From a virus: a stretch of DNA of 64,000 nucleotides. Below the pieces are notes generated by a model. It did no database searches, was not told where the DNA came from, and was given only the letters and a program-made list of their open reading frames with translations. Where the stretch lies: positions 1-64,000 of IMG/VR virus record IMGVR_UViG_3300026130_000003; one strand, given 5' to 3'. The translations under genes were made by a program, and so were the position numbers. Below, in pieces: positions 30,901 through 39,851 of this stretch (the stretch's first letter is position 1; every line of letters begins with the position of its first letter).

Positions 30901-32461
30901 GCATATCAACGCCTTCAAACTGTTTCAATACGGTTGAACGACTAATAGATATTTGATGTAGCACTTCTTCTAGTATTTCAGTAGCCGTCTTGTATTGATT
31001 CGCAGGATCTTCTAATAGTTTTCTAGTTAATGTAATAACCTTGTTTTTGTAATCATTGTACGCATGAGATAAAAATTCAAACGCTTCAATTGGATTATAA
31101 TCATTACGTGTAAGATAAAAATAACCTTGACGAATATCAACCTCGTGTGTTATCATTACGTTACCTTGATTATTGTAACGAATTTTGTTAGCAGGATCGC
31201 CTAGTGTGCGATAATTGTTGTTACCATTAGGTTCACCAGTTAAACCTGGAATAACGTCAATGATGTTAACAAAATGATCGAAAACTATACTGTATGGCAA
31301 ATCCACACCAACGTATGTTTGATTATCTATATTGAATTCTATAGATGGAGGCAACAGTTGGTAATGGTCTTCGTTTATGTTAGTGATAGTATCTTCGGTG
31401 TACAAATCAACATACACATATTCACGAGTTGGAAAATCTAAAACAACTGTGTCTCCATTGAGTGAATAATTACCAAACTGTTTAACACCATTGATATAAA
31501 CATCTATATCATTGATACTATTTGGTGTGAAGTGTAAAGGCAACTCTGTTTTTTCTTCAGCATTATCAAACTGTTCACGGATCTTTCTGAATTTAAATTC
31601 ACACGGTATAGTTATTTTGTAGTTTACACCATCCACTCGGATAAAATTGTTAGGAGTTAGAGGAATATTAAATGTATATTCAGACTGATAATCTCCTGCT
31701 GTCAACTTAGGTCTTAGTTGTAGTTCATCATCAAAGGCTGCGAATTCCTCATCGCCGGTATATTCAAATACCGTAGATATACCAACAACGTTGCTTTCTA
31801 AATCATAAATTTCAAATAACGGCAACTCAAATCCATTGTCAATCTTGTTAAGAGATTGAGTACTTAATTGCATTCTACCGTCAAATTCTATTATTGGTCG
31901 TTTCGCTTGTATAATTAAATCACTGTTCGACTCATTGATAAGATGATTGATATCGTTATGGTGGTACCACGAATTGTTATCAGACCACCAGTTTGAACCT
32001 GCTCTGTCCATAGTAATATATGTTTTGTATTCAGATCCTGGGATGCTAGGATCAAAACCAGGAAGTACCCAGTAATACATTACCCAGTTAGCAAATTTAT
32101 CTTTGTCAATTGGTATGTTAATAGTTTCGTGTTTTTCAGTAAACAAACGGTGATGGTCATTAATCAACGCGCCTTTGTTGTACATGGCGTTAATTAAGTC
32201 ATTGTAGAATATTCGGTCGTTTATAGAATCATTTGAGAATACAGGCTCTAGCGCATAATTTCTACGGTCATAGTTGTATGTTGGGTATGTCACATAGGCG
32301 TCATCAAACTTGTAGATGCCGCCCTCCTTGCGTCCCACAAAGCCTCGCAATTTTTCAACTTCCCCGTCGGAAAATGCTCGCTCTATAGTCGATTCAAATA
32401 TTGTTTCCAAGTTCTGATTCTTCAGATGGCTTGGTAAAAAGTCGTATATTCTTTTAGTCAT
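21986..32461 (-). CDS. Giant baseplate wedge protein (gp7-like)
   Basis: Follows gp25-gp6; N-terminal FLP...LEP...IDKDKF.N...YYW and Y..E.KPYHVK motifs; internal CBM-like and Ig-like repeats. Confidence 0.7.
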   Translation of the reverse strand: MTKRIYDFLPSHLKNQNLETIFESTIERAFSDGEVEKLRGFVGRKEGGIYKFDDAYVTYPTYNYDRRNYALEPVFSNDSINDRIFYNDLINAMYNKGALINDHHRLFTEKHETINIPIDKDKFANWVMYYWVLPGFDPSIPGSEYKTYITMDRAGSNWWSDNNSWYHHNDINHLINESNSDLIIQAKRPIIEFDGRMQLSTQSLNKIDNGFELPLFEIYDLESNVVGISTVFEYTGDEEFAAFDDELQLRPKLTAGDYQSEYTFNIPLTPNNFIRVDGVNYKITIPCEFKFRKIREQFDNAEEKTELPLHFTPNSINDIDVYINGVKQFGNYSLNGDTVVLDFPTREYVYVDLYTEDTITNINEDHYQLLPPSIEFNIDNQTYVGVDLPYSIVFDHFVNIIDVIPGLTGEPNGNNNYRTLGDPANKIRYNNQGNVMITHEVDIRQGYFYLTRNDYNPIEAFEFLSHAYNDYKNKVITLTRKLLEDPANQYKTATEILEEVLHQISISRSTVLKQFEGVDMLVFGSEFVHYEKGIISVVDGIQEQLLPSMANDVVEDKDLFVYVNGALKMLNIDYIVSATGNEIIFSPDYVPSSSDTIEVRLYTNKPESYMPPSATRLELAPLYIPRIVYDNEYDTPVNFILGHDGSKVPMFNDLTDDVLLEFERRIFNNVSSLENGAITYQPFTNFGLSNPEYSVFERNYIMYPFFKKWMDKNNIDALVNANYDPDDWKTWNYSNFTQIGVGHWRGIHLFLYGTDTIFDNPWAVLGLANKPSDFDTNFGSDYTSESFWIALTDYIATEYTAQLPIPVTSSNELKSIQELLNLDIDVTRDSIYLSDNWKFGDCSPIEMAWIRSSEYPYQAFNSMILQQPFSTFETYENAVKEAISFFSTRNGYDVNARTQELENYEFKLGTRFAGFVNNFKLFSENTSLNNSRYSEIPSDNYDIFLHAGEPNRSEFFSAVVLEKVSLDTEYPTYDIANVGDYNKGMIVLNPSDGKYYKRRVESPTQAEIDMSLTFDYTAWVMISQPQVSTVGYRLYGYDDANPRFYALDWDTASGIKVYATEGEQADLKPWSETTYYRKDEVIQYNNKPYVCLETHTSGRDFGDDAGNWKMLGEWPRINKITVTGYNNLRTDSVTTYNYGDILTLQQVAHLLIGYQEYSKLIGWDFTDRDADGNLIDFEYLLKKFLDWSEQQHDMGEFISLTPMLSTGSFTTPFGVASATRDYRQGFYRVVDQNGSRISLNQIQFLTTDGELSWASNTPIYGMAMDIIEIEHAMVIDREDSYGDVIYDPLMHNRNLRVLIDCNRTVGWDGTMTADGYIISEQKLIPNFETLVADTEKYRDTILDQNLEIINNLKASHMGYVPSTYLLNHGVEPESQMEFYKGFIAHKGTNQSVNLLVNKNSNIDEVEHGDVWAIKEAEYGVNDARQVVSVSVDPKNMVSEPLVVTFDNTEYPMVQTGKRSTASVKTSGYVDDRYVDYKVFTQQQLEDLSSDDIDEGDLAWVQFDQVRDWDVVRLSEIAEIGFVGETQDGQLYVILTNKVNTSEPVYLRIVDNGIEPEINSYYYLVEDGVVSSGYKYLVFETNYEPLTVEIDSTTSNSILSPSTEGTGVEAIGSVSFPIFAEGDNLYINGTPVTYTESNAQVQILIEGSRTIPFVKKNDQISIAVRNESGSLLNSTTNITFDGLTVTSVGAFAPSVGESFQIDGVTITIQPASISSIRLTSTATETTNVPNNRTITIDGTTVTVGPVIATATNIPADFTTTQQITINGNVITYDIADYAPANVITPQDIADGINAAGFAVSASINGGGYLVVESDGAYLEMLGSIVGSTGFGFTSSSLYRRTKFEDIASDITSSVTNVTSYTDSSNRLVIESGNPTMTISGNALTILGITAGTYNTIQEPTRSSVVNQINSASITGVTASVVSGNYIEIYKEGPKIQLSNVNTGTLESLGFTGDIEKYGYEQIVENINAVFSNNTAIAEAYFNTSTGVINIVSPNAQVDVTNVSGSALTDLGISPGIYTPPVGGGIVDAYVMRDLINAAGVGVSVSVSSDGRMIFTSDDIAITFDGTSQQILDSIGLVRDYTSAKSDPNFKIMRWKSVRFTPGYNGVNFNEFYTNLGLNSSSYIWADNYTTNRWAVLFRTEEGNVTTVALQSERVDTDLVKRVVTTDGTGNIQRYHIYDPLNGKFQGEIGKHIKFITWEDPAKYEYETSNKDTWYEEHVGEIWWDTNLVRYYRYNDYGDRLGNIDQSFARRNWGRLVPGSQIVIKRWSSATILPDYVTDYNEYTYFDIVKGKTITKYYFWEAFEEDTGNIRVDDIRRMLVNNDTSYKFFPIDGNTIVLTNHKNDFTGDSSVKYDLHYDLVDVKGGLHTEWRLISELLDNAETDVIIDIVKNNLANIEIVDSVAVEMSQGDIDNGFDGIEFTYDFITSADYDTLVITVNNAIVEPNNFVIDGDMVTLNYSSDYVAGDVVRIYKVKPLENNFFYDPFIARRNFASLFDDMFKFTFIDRFAPTRENYITVEDSIFYLKPWAITEEFIEPPKYQYLSRLRSFDMIDLYNQGVISFKVQEDGIDEYFVEFNGNLQIVHRTDSAMGIDFDRAPSGNPQSYYENFTGIQLLEFFTMMEYYATHDMLKEMAIEMINYRMTEEQEATDIVKTSYIDLIFNYRPLAQHAVYQRDSYQDMIDYFNETKPYHVKIRDIESKYTLQDDITASIDDSHHMDIDMYYGWYEVADFVIEEEYTASNPYVIENFMSYFEKSSLVGHEIDIYVEEEHRDYEVHRVEETFVSDGSATISIAANSNVVTQVKIKSGQETTLVLDRDYTVDYNAHTITFVTAPAIDDEITVTRSYEVTQINTIESQYQNDGVSIRHMYKLRPEYYKIVGDDIIFNTEGVREEDMPFDGSYNGKSFLPEIGEHVQLVLRESRYEEYRVDGNADFDTDNEHEGGSLLRVIDEYTSEADGLPEGMMPTHIKESVFNTISDSGSGDILEFQVYDNWGRAFRMIVNGVTTVTDFTGDKLTVADGSIFRNASEQDRVIIAINNGTHTEFMSYKTLDGNVLTINKRAEFTNLYREIASGDTVYVFRDDYNFPQSKSGLTGITLTSNVPSSGSSSSSMDDLQGYLAYVWAVSPSSDVADPTDTNHPNYDIDFKPILDRNINHVWLYDKAPPLPARVDQTGTTTIDIDPDWIYLIGGRNANWTGDEHRIDYEFLDSNDNVVGAARQMFSATFKSRIYHGPDLANLVHSGDTGTYPNVNGYWFIENDALYFRTVPDGNNAYQYDFIQQFSSTPTKLRISNAYAESNYSTTGGAYGSLRIQNAEANQVITQQEDWWVTLDDYASYNTSQYSTDGTVLSINDNGSPSALTLLFNEDRYITYAEVEFRVTNDGIGDAGSLSLNGFLGLNPMRERLVDSQQRPRINGKFVGSKVVIGQWMKLVARRIDSTHMELILKNADTGNIVDLWIDEVSLVPSDRINFSNGDGSSYSGLMETEYRNLVIRYYTI

Positions 32462-32477
32462 TCAATCATTCATCCAA

Positions 32478-35400
32478 TCATTTAGATAGGTTATCTACAA
32501 TATTAATATCCTTAGAAGACGTTACCGCCAAGAATATTTCATCTTTCTCACATGTAATACTTAGCACATCTCCTAGTGTACTTGTTTCAAGTTTAGGATT
32601 AATCTTAACACTTGAAATGTAATCACCCAACTCTGCATGTAGGTATGCGGCTAGTTCTGAGAAATAGAACGTATCGCCAAAGTCCCAGTTAGATAGAGCA
32701 AAGTATTCATTAATCTTAGTCGCAACTGCTGTTTTAGTTTCACTGTTAGTAAACGGTGAACCTTGACGTTTGATTACATCAAAGTATGCCTGATTTTCTG
32801 TATCGGCATACTCACCAAACAAGTACTTAAACTTGACTGGGATATAACTAATGTGGTCTGCAATTGCTGCTTTCGGTTCAATAGACTTCATAATCTTACG
32901 TAGTTCATATGCGTTAGGAGCAGATGGTCTAACACCGTTAAATTGATTAGAAATCCATTCATTAACACGGTTGACATAATCCGTAGACAATACATACATA
33001 TCAATAATGTTTGAAGTGTCAATATCAATACGTTTTTCTTTGTCAGCATAGTGATCCCAACGGAAGCCCATTAGATTATCTTCAGCATACGAAATACCTT
33101 CAACAACTCGGTACGCTGTACTGTCTATAACAATTTGTGTTTTATCTGCTGATAGTGTATAATCCTCTGCTGTAAAGTCATTTAATGCAACCCATACACC
33201 ACCGCGGTTGACGTACCAAGAAACTACTGTAGCAGTATTATCCAGTTGTCTTTCCATTTCAACATAGATTAATGAATCTGGATCGATATCGTTATCTTCA
33301 GTAGATCCGTAGTCTGCGTAACCGTATTCGTACACTCGTTCATAGTCTAACCCTGCAACATTGTAACTTTGTAGTATTACATGTTTAGGGAAGTCTACAC
33401 GTTCATCAAATGATTCTAAACGGTATTCAACTTTCAAGAAGAATTCACCATCATTTGCAGTAGCGTCAGCCAAATCTACTTGTTGATATGTAAACGTAGT
33501 TGCAGTCACATCAGTAACTAGCACATAGCCATTGAATGATGTATCTGTGACGTTTTTAACTTGTACATAATCGCCCACGTTTATACCATGTGCGTTTGCT
33601 GTAGTAGCAACAGTTAAACCGCCTGTTCGAACAAGAGAAACAAGTGCGTCATCTCTAGTTAAACGAATAGTAGAAGAATTGAATTCTACATCGGCATTAA
33701 ACGGCACACTGTCTTTATAAATTGTTGTGTCGGCAACTTGGGACCACTGAGTGAATATATTCACTTCGGATAGAATCCACCAGTTGTTGTCTCTCAAATC
33801 ATAAAATGCTTCTACGCCATTTGCTTTGTGAATCAATGGCGGTTCAGTTTCTCCGGGTTGGAGAGTATCAACAACCGCATTATTTGTAGTGCTACCATCG
33901 GTACTGCTACTAATAATAAATGTATTATCTTCATCGTATTCATACACTTTGGCAACAGAGTATCTTTTCTCTATGTCAAAACCATGCATTATGTCTAGCA
34001 TACCAGTCGGGTTACGGTCTTTAGAAATAGTTGTCAATTCTACTTTGTGATTGTCTTCATGCCCACTAGGTGTCAAGAATTTATCAGCAATGTATGTTTC
34101 AATTTCTTTGAATCGTTCTGTGTATGTTCTAACTCTATCAGATACAGAAATTGTAGCACTTAGTTTGACATGATAGTTATTTAGGTTGTCAGCAATTGTA
34201 CCGACCCATGCGGTAACTGTTTCTCCTACACCAGGATTTGTTGTCCAATATACTGCGGCATATGTATTAGTAAACAACGCCGTTCGGTCAACAAGTTCTA
34301 TATGTTCTTGGTCGTATACTTCTTTTGATAATGTCATCGTATACAAACTTTCTTCATCTAGTACACGATTCAAGTAATCATTTTCATCATATACAAACTC
34401 TATTTCGCCGTATGGTACTTGTTTAAAGAATATGTCATATTGATCATTATCTAACAAGTCAATACTAAATGTTGACATTTTAGGTATTGTAAAGACAAAT
34501 TTCTCGTTTGCAGGATCCCAAGTGGTAGAAAACTGCGTCTGTACACCTTTGTCTCCAGGTTGTGCGTCTTCTATTGTGCCAGGCAAATCAGATTCGTCAA
34601 TCCACATAAACTTGCCTTCATTGCCTGCGCTGTTAAAATATTCTAACGTAGGCTCACCTTTGAAACCTCGGTCAATCAATTGTTGAGGTGTCGCTTGAAT
34701 TGTGTAGAATGAAGGGGTGTTACATGCTGTTAAGTTTTCAACAAGGAAAGACGATGTAGCATTAGTATCAGAAATGTTTATTTCGTCTGAATCTGTTACT
34801 GGATATCCTGAAGTAGGAATATTAATTTCTAGCAAGTCCGAACTTATATCATCAAATACAATATTATCCCAACATACTTGATATTCAGGAGCCTCACCAA
34901 TCAATGTCCCGTTTCCTGTCAATTCAAGTTTTTCTAACAAGAACACAGGACCGAATGGTGTAGCGAGTTCATACTTGTAATCGACTTTTTCTACAATTTC
35001 AGGACCATTATTAAATACTTCATTCTCAAACATGTTAAAGAATGATGCGTTAGTGATACCATCAGCCAATGCAAAGTCAGCACAAATAGTTGCAAGACCT
35101 GTATTTTCGTCTAACGTGTAATTAATCGGAGCATATGCAATGTTTACCTTATACTCAGTTTTATCTGCACCCAATTCACCTGATAACACACTGCCATCGT
35201 TGTAGTTAATAGAAAGTGTATCACGAGTTGCTAGATTTGTTTCACTGTCAATTACAATGTCTTCGTTGTTGTAGTAAAATTTTACTTGATTAGCACTTTC
35301 AAATACTACTTTCTTACCAGTGAATGTAATCTCAAACTTAGAAGTATTTTCACGAGTTCCTGGTGCATATGTTACTAAGAATTGTAAGTCTTCGTTTGGA

Positions 35401-37364
35401 TTTGCATCAGAAACATTCCAAGAATAACTTTCCACATCGAAGAACACATAAAAAGATTCTGTACTTTCATCTGTTAGTTTTTCTTCAATAATGTCAATGT
35501 CTTGTTCTGAGAACTTGGTCACTGGTGCTTTAAACAAACGTGAGAAACCAATAACTTCGTTAATATCATTCTTAACCAGTATACGGTCAAGAACTATATC
35601 ACCATTAATATCAATTGCTTGTGCTTGGAACCATTCACCGCGCAGTCTTAGGTAGTCACCTGATTCTACAAGTTCATGTATGATTGGATTGATAACACGA
35701 CCGCGAAGTGGATCTAATGCATTTGGTTGCCAGTATTCAGCAAGTAGTTTGTCAAAATCGTACTCACCACGGTATGAATAAAAATAGTTATTCAACATGC
35801 TCGGGTGTTTTAATACCTGAACAAGTCTATTGGCAATGAAGTTTCTTGCATCACCTACGCCACGCTGGAACAGCATGGACAAATAAATTTCGTCTTCATC
35901 CACATACACCGAGCCATCAGTGCCTGTTACGTGAATGTTAGAATGGTGTCCGGTAACGTCGGATGCTTCAAAGTATCGTGAATTCCCGGCGAAAGTTGTA
36001 TTAACTGATTTCAGTTTAGTGACAATGTTCGTACCTAAGGTGTATGGAAGAATATTATAATCCTGTCCGTTCACCATTCTATCTTGCGCATAATATGCAC
36101 GAGGTGCTATGCGTCTAACGCTAGTGTAATTTTCCCCTTCAAAATTTTCTGCGAAATCTCGGGTACTTTCAAGAGTTAGCGTTAATCTATAGGATCTATT
36201 ATCAGCCCCCCTATATGTAATATTTATAGAGGCTTCTTTAATATCATTACTATTAACAGAAAATGCTTCATTTTCTACCTTACGGAACCACACACGGTAA
36301 CGACCATATGCAGCATTACCAAAGATACCGTCTGGGTATTGAATACGAATCTGATTGTTATCTGCTGTATGAATAGATGCCATATCACCATTACCATCAC
36401 GGAAAATGTTGTATATAGCAGTTTCACGAGTATCATTGTCTATAACTTTTACTTCATTAAGAACTTTACCGTTGTCATCTATACGTTGAATCCAAACATC
36501 ACTGTTAGAAATGTTAGGTTCAGTAATCACTTCAATGCGATTTGATAGTCTTGAAGTGTAATGGAAATCTCTATATTGTAGGTCTCCTGCTTTAGCATAC
36601 ATAAAGAAACCAGTGCGGTCACTAGATGGTCCTAGGTTATCACTGCGAGATATAAGTGTAATGTTACGCTCAGGATCAGGCATTGCTTCTACTACATCGT
36701 TATCATCAATCTTGGCACGAACTGTTTCGAATGTTCTACCTTTACCAGCAACTGTAGAATTGAACGAGTATTTTACAGATTTGGAATCGTTGTCTTCATT
36801 GAAAAAGAATAAATCAGTTTTTACTTGATTAACGAGTGCTGAACCAGCGGGTTGGTCTAGTTTTGTTTCACCGTCCAATGCAGAGTTAAGAACAGTAACA
36901 AAGTTATCGTACCATGATACATCATTAGGATCGTTCCAACGAATTACACGGTTAGCAAGTGTGTTACCTGTAGAGTCATAAACATCTTCGGTTGTACGAA
37001 CACTTTTGATTTTCATAAAACCACGAGCATTAAGTGGTCGTGTCTTATTGTAGCCTAGAGTGCGAGCCATTCTTAAGATACTTTCTCTGCGTTCTGCTGT
37101 ATCTAAGAAGTTTTCACGGGTATTCATATCCATTCGGAAAGCAAGAGCATGACCAAAGTATGCAACAAGGTCTACTATCGCAACAAATTCTGAACTTGCA
37201 ATCAAGTCGTTAAATTTGTCTGGATATGTTTCGGACACGTATGTTAATAGTGCCTCTCTTATATTATCAAAATCGTAAGCCTTAAGACTTACATTGGTGA
37301 AAGCGGTATATACTGTTGTCCAACTTTCGCCCGCAAATAATTTGTCTACTCGTTCTAGCGCCAT
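32478..37364 (-). CDS. gp6: Baseplate wedge protein gp6-like
   Basis: YDFDNIR...ENFLDTAERRESILRMARTLGY, DGIFG, AQDRMVNGQDY, WDFGDTFYFSEL. Confidence 0.85.
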   Translation of the reverse strand: MALERVDKLFAGESWTTVYTAFTNVSLKAYDFDNIREALLTYVSETYPDKFNDLIASSEFVAIVDLVAYFGHALAFRMDMNTRENFLDTAERRESILRMARTLGYNKTRPLNARGFMKIKSVRTTEDVYDSTGNTLANRVIRWNDPNDVSWYDNFVTVLNSALDGETKLDQPAGSALVNQVKTDLFFFNEDNDSKSVKYSFNSTVAGKGRTFETVRAKIDDNDVVEAMPDPERNITLISRSDNLGPSSDRTGFFMYAKAGDLQYRDFHYTSRLSNRIEVITEPNISNSDVWIQRIDDNGKVLNEVKVIDNDTRETAIYNIFRDGNGDMASIHTADNNQIRIQYPDGIFGNAAYGRYRVWFRKVENEAFSVNSNDIKEASINITYRGADNRSYRLTLTLESTRDFAENFEGENYTSVRRIAPRAYYAQDRMVNGQDYNILPYTLGTNIVTKLKSVNTTFAGNSRYFEASDVTGHHSNIHVTGTDGSVYVDEDEIYLSMLFQRGVGDARNFIANRLVQVLKHPSMLNNYFYSYRGEYDFDKLLAEYWQPNALDPLRGRVINPIIHELVESGDYLRLRGEWFQAQAIDINGDIVLDRILVKNDINEVIGFSRLFKAPVTKFSEQDIDIIEEKLTDESTESFYVFFDVESYSWNVSDANPNEDLQFLVTYAPGTRENTSKFEITFTGKKVVFESANQVKFYYNNEDIVIDSETNLATRDTLSINYNDGSVLSGELGADKTEYKVNIAYAPINYTLDENTGLATICADFALADGITNASFFNMFENEVFNNGPEIVEKVDYKYELATPFGPVFLLEKLELTGNGTLIGEAPEYQVCWDNIVFDDISSDLLEINIPTSGYPVTDSDEINISDTNATSSFLVENLTACNTPSFYTIQATPQQLIDRGFKGEPTLEYFNSAGNEGKFMWIDESDLPGTIEDAQPGDKGVQTQFSTTWDPANEKFVFTIPKMSTFSIDLLDNDQYDIFFKQVPYGEIEFVYDENDYLNRVLDEESLYTMTLSKEVYDQEHIELVDRTALFTNTYAAVYWTTNPGVGETVTAWVGTIADNLNNYHVKLSATISVSDRVRTYTERFKEIETYIADKFLTPSGHEDNHKVELTTISKDRNPTGMLDIMHGFDIEKRYSVAKVYEYDEDNTFIISSSTDGSTTNNAVVDTLQPGETEPPLIHKANGVEAFYDLRDNNWWILSEVNIFTQWSQVADTTIYKDSVPFNADVEFNSSTIRLTRDDALVSLVRTGGLTVATTANAHGINVGDYVQVKNVTDTSFNGYVLVTDVTATTFTYQQVDLADATANDGEFFLKVEYRLESFDERVDFPKHVILQSYNVAGLDYERVYEYGYADYGSTEDNDIDPDSLIYVEMERQLDNTATVVSWYVNRGGVWVALNDFTAEDYTLSADKTQIVIDSTAYRVVEGISYAEDNLMGFRWDHYADKEKRIDIDTSNIIDMYVLSTDYVNRVNEWISNQFNGVRPSAPNAYELRKIMKSIEPKAAIADHISYIPVKFKYLFGEYADTENQAYFDVIKRQGSPFTNSETKTAVATKINEYFALSNWDFGDTFYFSELAAYLHAELGDYISSVKINPKLETSTLGDVLSITCEKDEIFLAVTSSKDINIVDNLSK

Positions 37365-37368
37365 TACT

Positions 37369-37737
37369 TTATCTCTCTATATTAATTTGAAGCAATTCTA
37401 CTTCGTTTGCTGGTAAAATGTTAATTTGTATGTCTGCCGACAATGTGTGATCCGTCTCGTACACGCGTATTGAAATTGCTTCTGCTCTAGGATCATTATT
37501 AATTATCTCTCGTAAATCATCCTCAACTAAACCCCTAACATCGGTAGTTAGCGGTTCAAAAATTAAGTCGTGAATGATACTTCCATAACGAGGCATCATT
37601 ATGCGCTCACCTTTACGTGTCATAATTTCGTTAAGCAAATCTTCGACTACTAGGTCTTTACCTGTCAATCTATCGTTGATTGCCTTGATGTTCTTTGAAC
37701 TGAATCCAGTGTAGTTAATCATGTTTTTCGGTCTCAC
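37369..37737 (-). CDS. gp25: Baseplate wedge / sheath initiator gp25-like
   Basis: TRKGERIMMPRYGS.I.DLIFEP...DPR. Start may be ATG 37722. Confidence 0.9.
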   Translation of the reverse strand: MRPKNMINYTGFSSKNIKAINDRLTGKDLVVEDLLNEIMTRKGERIMMPRYGSIIHDLIFEPLTTDVRGLVEDDLREIINNDPRAEAISIRVYETDHTLSADIQINILPANEVELLQINIER

Positions 37738-37751
37738 AATTCATTTAATAG

Positions 37752-37780
37752 TATTTATCACCGTATAAACTACGAAGTTT
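37752..37780 (-). promoter_or_regulatory. Late promoter GATAAATA with upstream AAACTTCGTAGTTTATACG element
   Basis: Near-identical copy at 46232..46260. Confidence 0.7.
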
Positions 37781-37798
37781 GAGGATTTCTAGTTATGG

Positions 37799-37822
37799 AA
37801 AACCCTAGAAAATTCTAGGGTT
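37799..37822 (-). terminator. Terminator after FG-GAP gene 2
   Basis: Minus strand AACCCTAGAA-TT-TTCTAGGGTTTT. Confidence 0.7.
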
Positions 37823-37832
37823 ATTATTTTCC

Positions 37833-39113
37833 TTAACTTAATTCGAATATGTATGCTTTACCTGAATCGACACCATCTGCATCGTCTTCCGTATGTGCGC
37901 TTACAATAGCATAGTTACCAGAAATGCTTACAAAATTACCGAAATAATCGCCAGCACTTGTACTGAATGCGTTTGGATTGTCTATTGTAGCAACTAAAGT
38001 TCCAGTCGTAACATCAAATATGTATGCTTTACCCGAACCATCACCATTTGCATCGTCTTCACTAGATGCGCCTACAATAGCATAGTTACCAGAGATACTT
38101 ACTGATGTACCGAAATAATCACTAGCACTTGTACTGAATGCGTTTGGATTGTCTAGTGTATATAATAAGTTACCAGTCGTAACATCAAAGATGTATGCTT
38201 TACCCGAACCATCACCATCTGCATCGTCTTCCGTATGTGCGCTTACAATAGCATAGTTACCAGAAATACTTACTGACCAACCGAAATAATCACTAGCACT
38301 TGTACTGAATGCATTTGGATTGGCTAGTGTATATAATAAGTTACCAGTCGTAACATCAAAGATGTATGCTTTACCCGAATCCGTGCCACTAGCATCACCT
38401 TCTCGATATGCACCTACAATAGCATAGTTACCATCAATACTTACGGATTGTCCGAAATTATCATTAGTACTTGTACTGTATGGGTTTGGATCGTCTAGTG
38501 TATGCAACAAGTTACCAGTTGTCACATCAAAGATGTATGCTTTACCTGAGTTAATAACACTTGCATCATCTTCATACCATGCGCCCACAATTGCGTAGTT
38601 TCCATCAATACTTACTGATATACCGAAATTATCATGTAAACTGGTACTGTATGGATTTGGATTGTCTAGTGTGTGTAACAAGTTACCAGTTGTTACATCG
38701 AATATGTATGCTTTACCTGAATTAGTACCGCCTGCATCGTCTTCATAGTGTGCGCTTACAATAGCATAGTTACCAGAGATACTTACTGATGCACCGAAAT
38801 AATCACTAGAACTTGTACTGAATGCATTTGGATTATCTAGCGTATGTAGTAAATTACCTGTAGTCACATCAAATATGTATGCTTTACCTGAATTGAAGCC
38901 GCCGTCAGCATCTTCTTCATTGACTGCACCTATAATTGCGTAATTACCAGAAATACTTACTGATCGACCGAAATAATCACTTTGACTCGTACTGTATGCA
39001 TTTGGATTATCTAGTGTTTTTCTTAATGTTGCTGTTACGGTTGGTGGTATGATAACCGAAGTTGTACCCACCGATCTTGTTAACTGTGTATTGTTGAATC
39101 TTATTTTTGCCAT
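37833..39113 (-). CDS. FG-GAP repeat 7-bladed beta-propeller, copy 2
   Basis: Seven 57-aa repeats closely matching 8011..9306; same C-terminus GKAYIFELS. Confidence 0.9.
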   Translation of the reverse strand: MAKIRFNNTQLTRSVGTTSVIIPPTVTATLRKTLDNPNAYSTSQSDYFGRSVSISGNYAIIGAVNEEDADGGFNSGKAYIFDVTTGNLLHTLDNPNAFSTSSSDYFGASVSISGNYAIVSAHYEDDAGGTNSGKAYIFDVTTGNLLHTLDNPNPYSTSLHDNFGISVSIDGNYAIVGAWYEDDASVINSGKAYIFDVTTGNLLHTLDDPNPYSTSTNDNFGQSVSIDGNYAIVGAYREGDASGTDSGKAYIFDVTTGNLLYTLANPNAFSTSASDYFGWSVSISGNYAIVSAHTEDDADGDGSGKAYIFDVTTGNLLYTLDNPNAFSTSASDYFGTSVSISGNYAIVGASSEDDANGDGSGKAYIFDVTTGTLVATIDNPNAFSTSAGDYFGNFVSISGNYAIVSAHTEDDADGVDSGKAYIFELS

Positions 39114-39144
39114 TCACTGGTCTCCTTGTTAAAACAGTTTTATC

Positions 39145-39188
39145 TATTTATCAAAATCATTGACAACTTGTGTATAAGTTGTTATTAT
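39145..39188. promoter_or_regulatory. Back-to-back late promoter (-, 39145-52) and sigma70 promoter (+, 39160-88)
   Basis: GATAAATA on minus; TTGACA-17-TATTAT with extended -10 TG on plus. Confidence 0.7.
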
Positions 39189-39224
39189 AGAAGAACACAA
39201 ACTAACAAAAGGAATATTTCTATT

Positions 39225-39851
39225 ATGGCATTAGTACCAATGGTCATTGAACAAACACCTCAAGGTGAACGTGCAATGGATATCAAATCACGCTTACTAA
39301 AAGAGCGTGTATTGTTTCTTACAGGAGTAGTAGACGACCACATTTCAGATTTGATTTGTACTCAACTATTGTTCTTAGAGGCAGACAACCCAGAAAAAGA
39401 TATCCATCTGTATATCAACTCGCCGGGCGGTAGCGTAACTGCTGGCTTGGCAATGTATGATACTATGCAATTCATCAAGTGTGACGTAACTACTACGGTT
39501 ATGGGTCAGGCAGCATCAATGGGATCTTTCTTAGCACAAGCAGGAGCACCAGGAAAACGTTTTGTGCTTCCAGAATCTCGTACTATGATTCACCGTGTAT
39601 CATCAGGAACTCCTGGCACACGTGGTTCTGTACACGTTCAAGAACTAGAATTCGAAGATGCTCGCCGTCACTTTGAAGAGTCTAAGCGACTAAATGAGCG
39701 ACTAACCCAGTTGTATGTTAAACACAATACCGCAGGCAAACAATATGAAGAGTTGTTCAATACTATGAAGTTTGATACATTCTTGTCTGCGGAAGAAGCA
39801 GTTGCAAACGGTTTTGCTGACCGTGTTCTGGCAAGTCGTGAAGAACTTTAA
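39225..39851 (+). CDS. clpP: ATP-dependent Clp protease proteolytic subunit
   Basis: [37 protein letters not shown] (Ser), MIH (His), FDTF (Asp). Start moved from 39126 to ATG 39225. Confidence 0.95.
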   Translation: MALVPMVIEQTPQGERAMDIKSRLLKERVLFLTGVVDDHISDLICTQLLFLEADNPEKDIHLYINSPGGSVTAGLAMYDTMQFIKCDVTTTVMGQAASMGSFLAQAGAPGKRFVLPESRTMIHRVSSGTPGTRGSVHVQELEFEDARRHFEESKRLNERLTQLYVKHNTAGKQYEELFNTMKFDTFLSAEEAVANGFADRVLASREEL

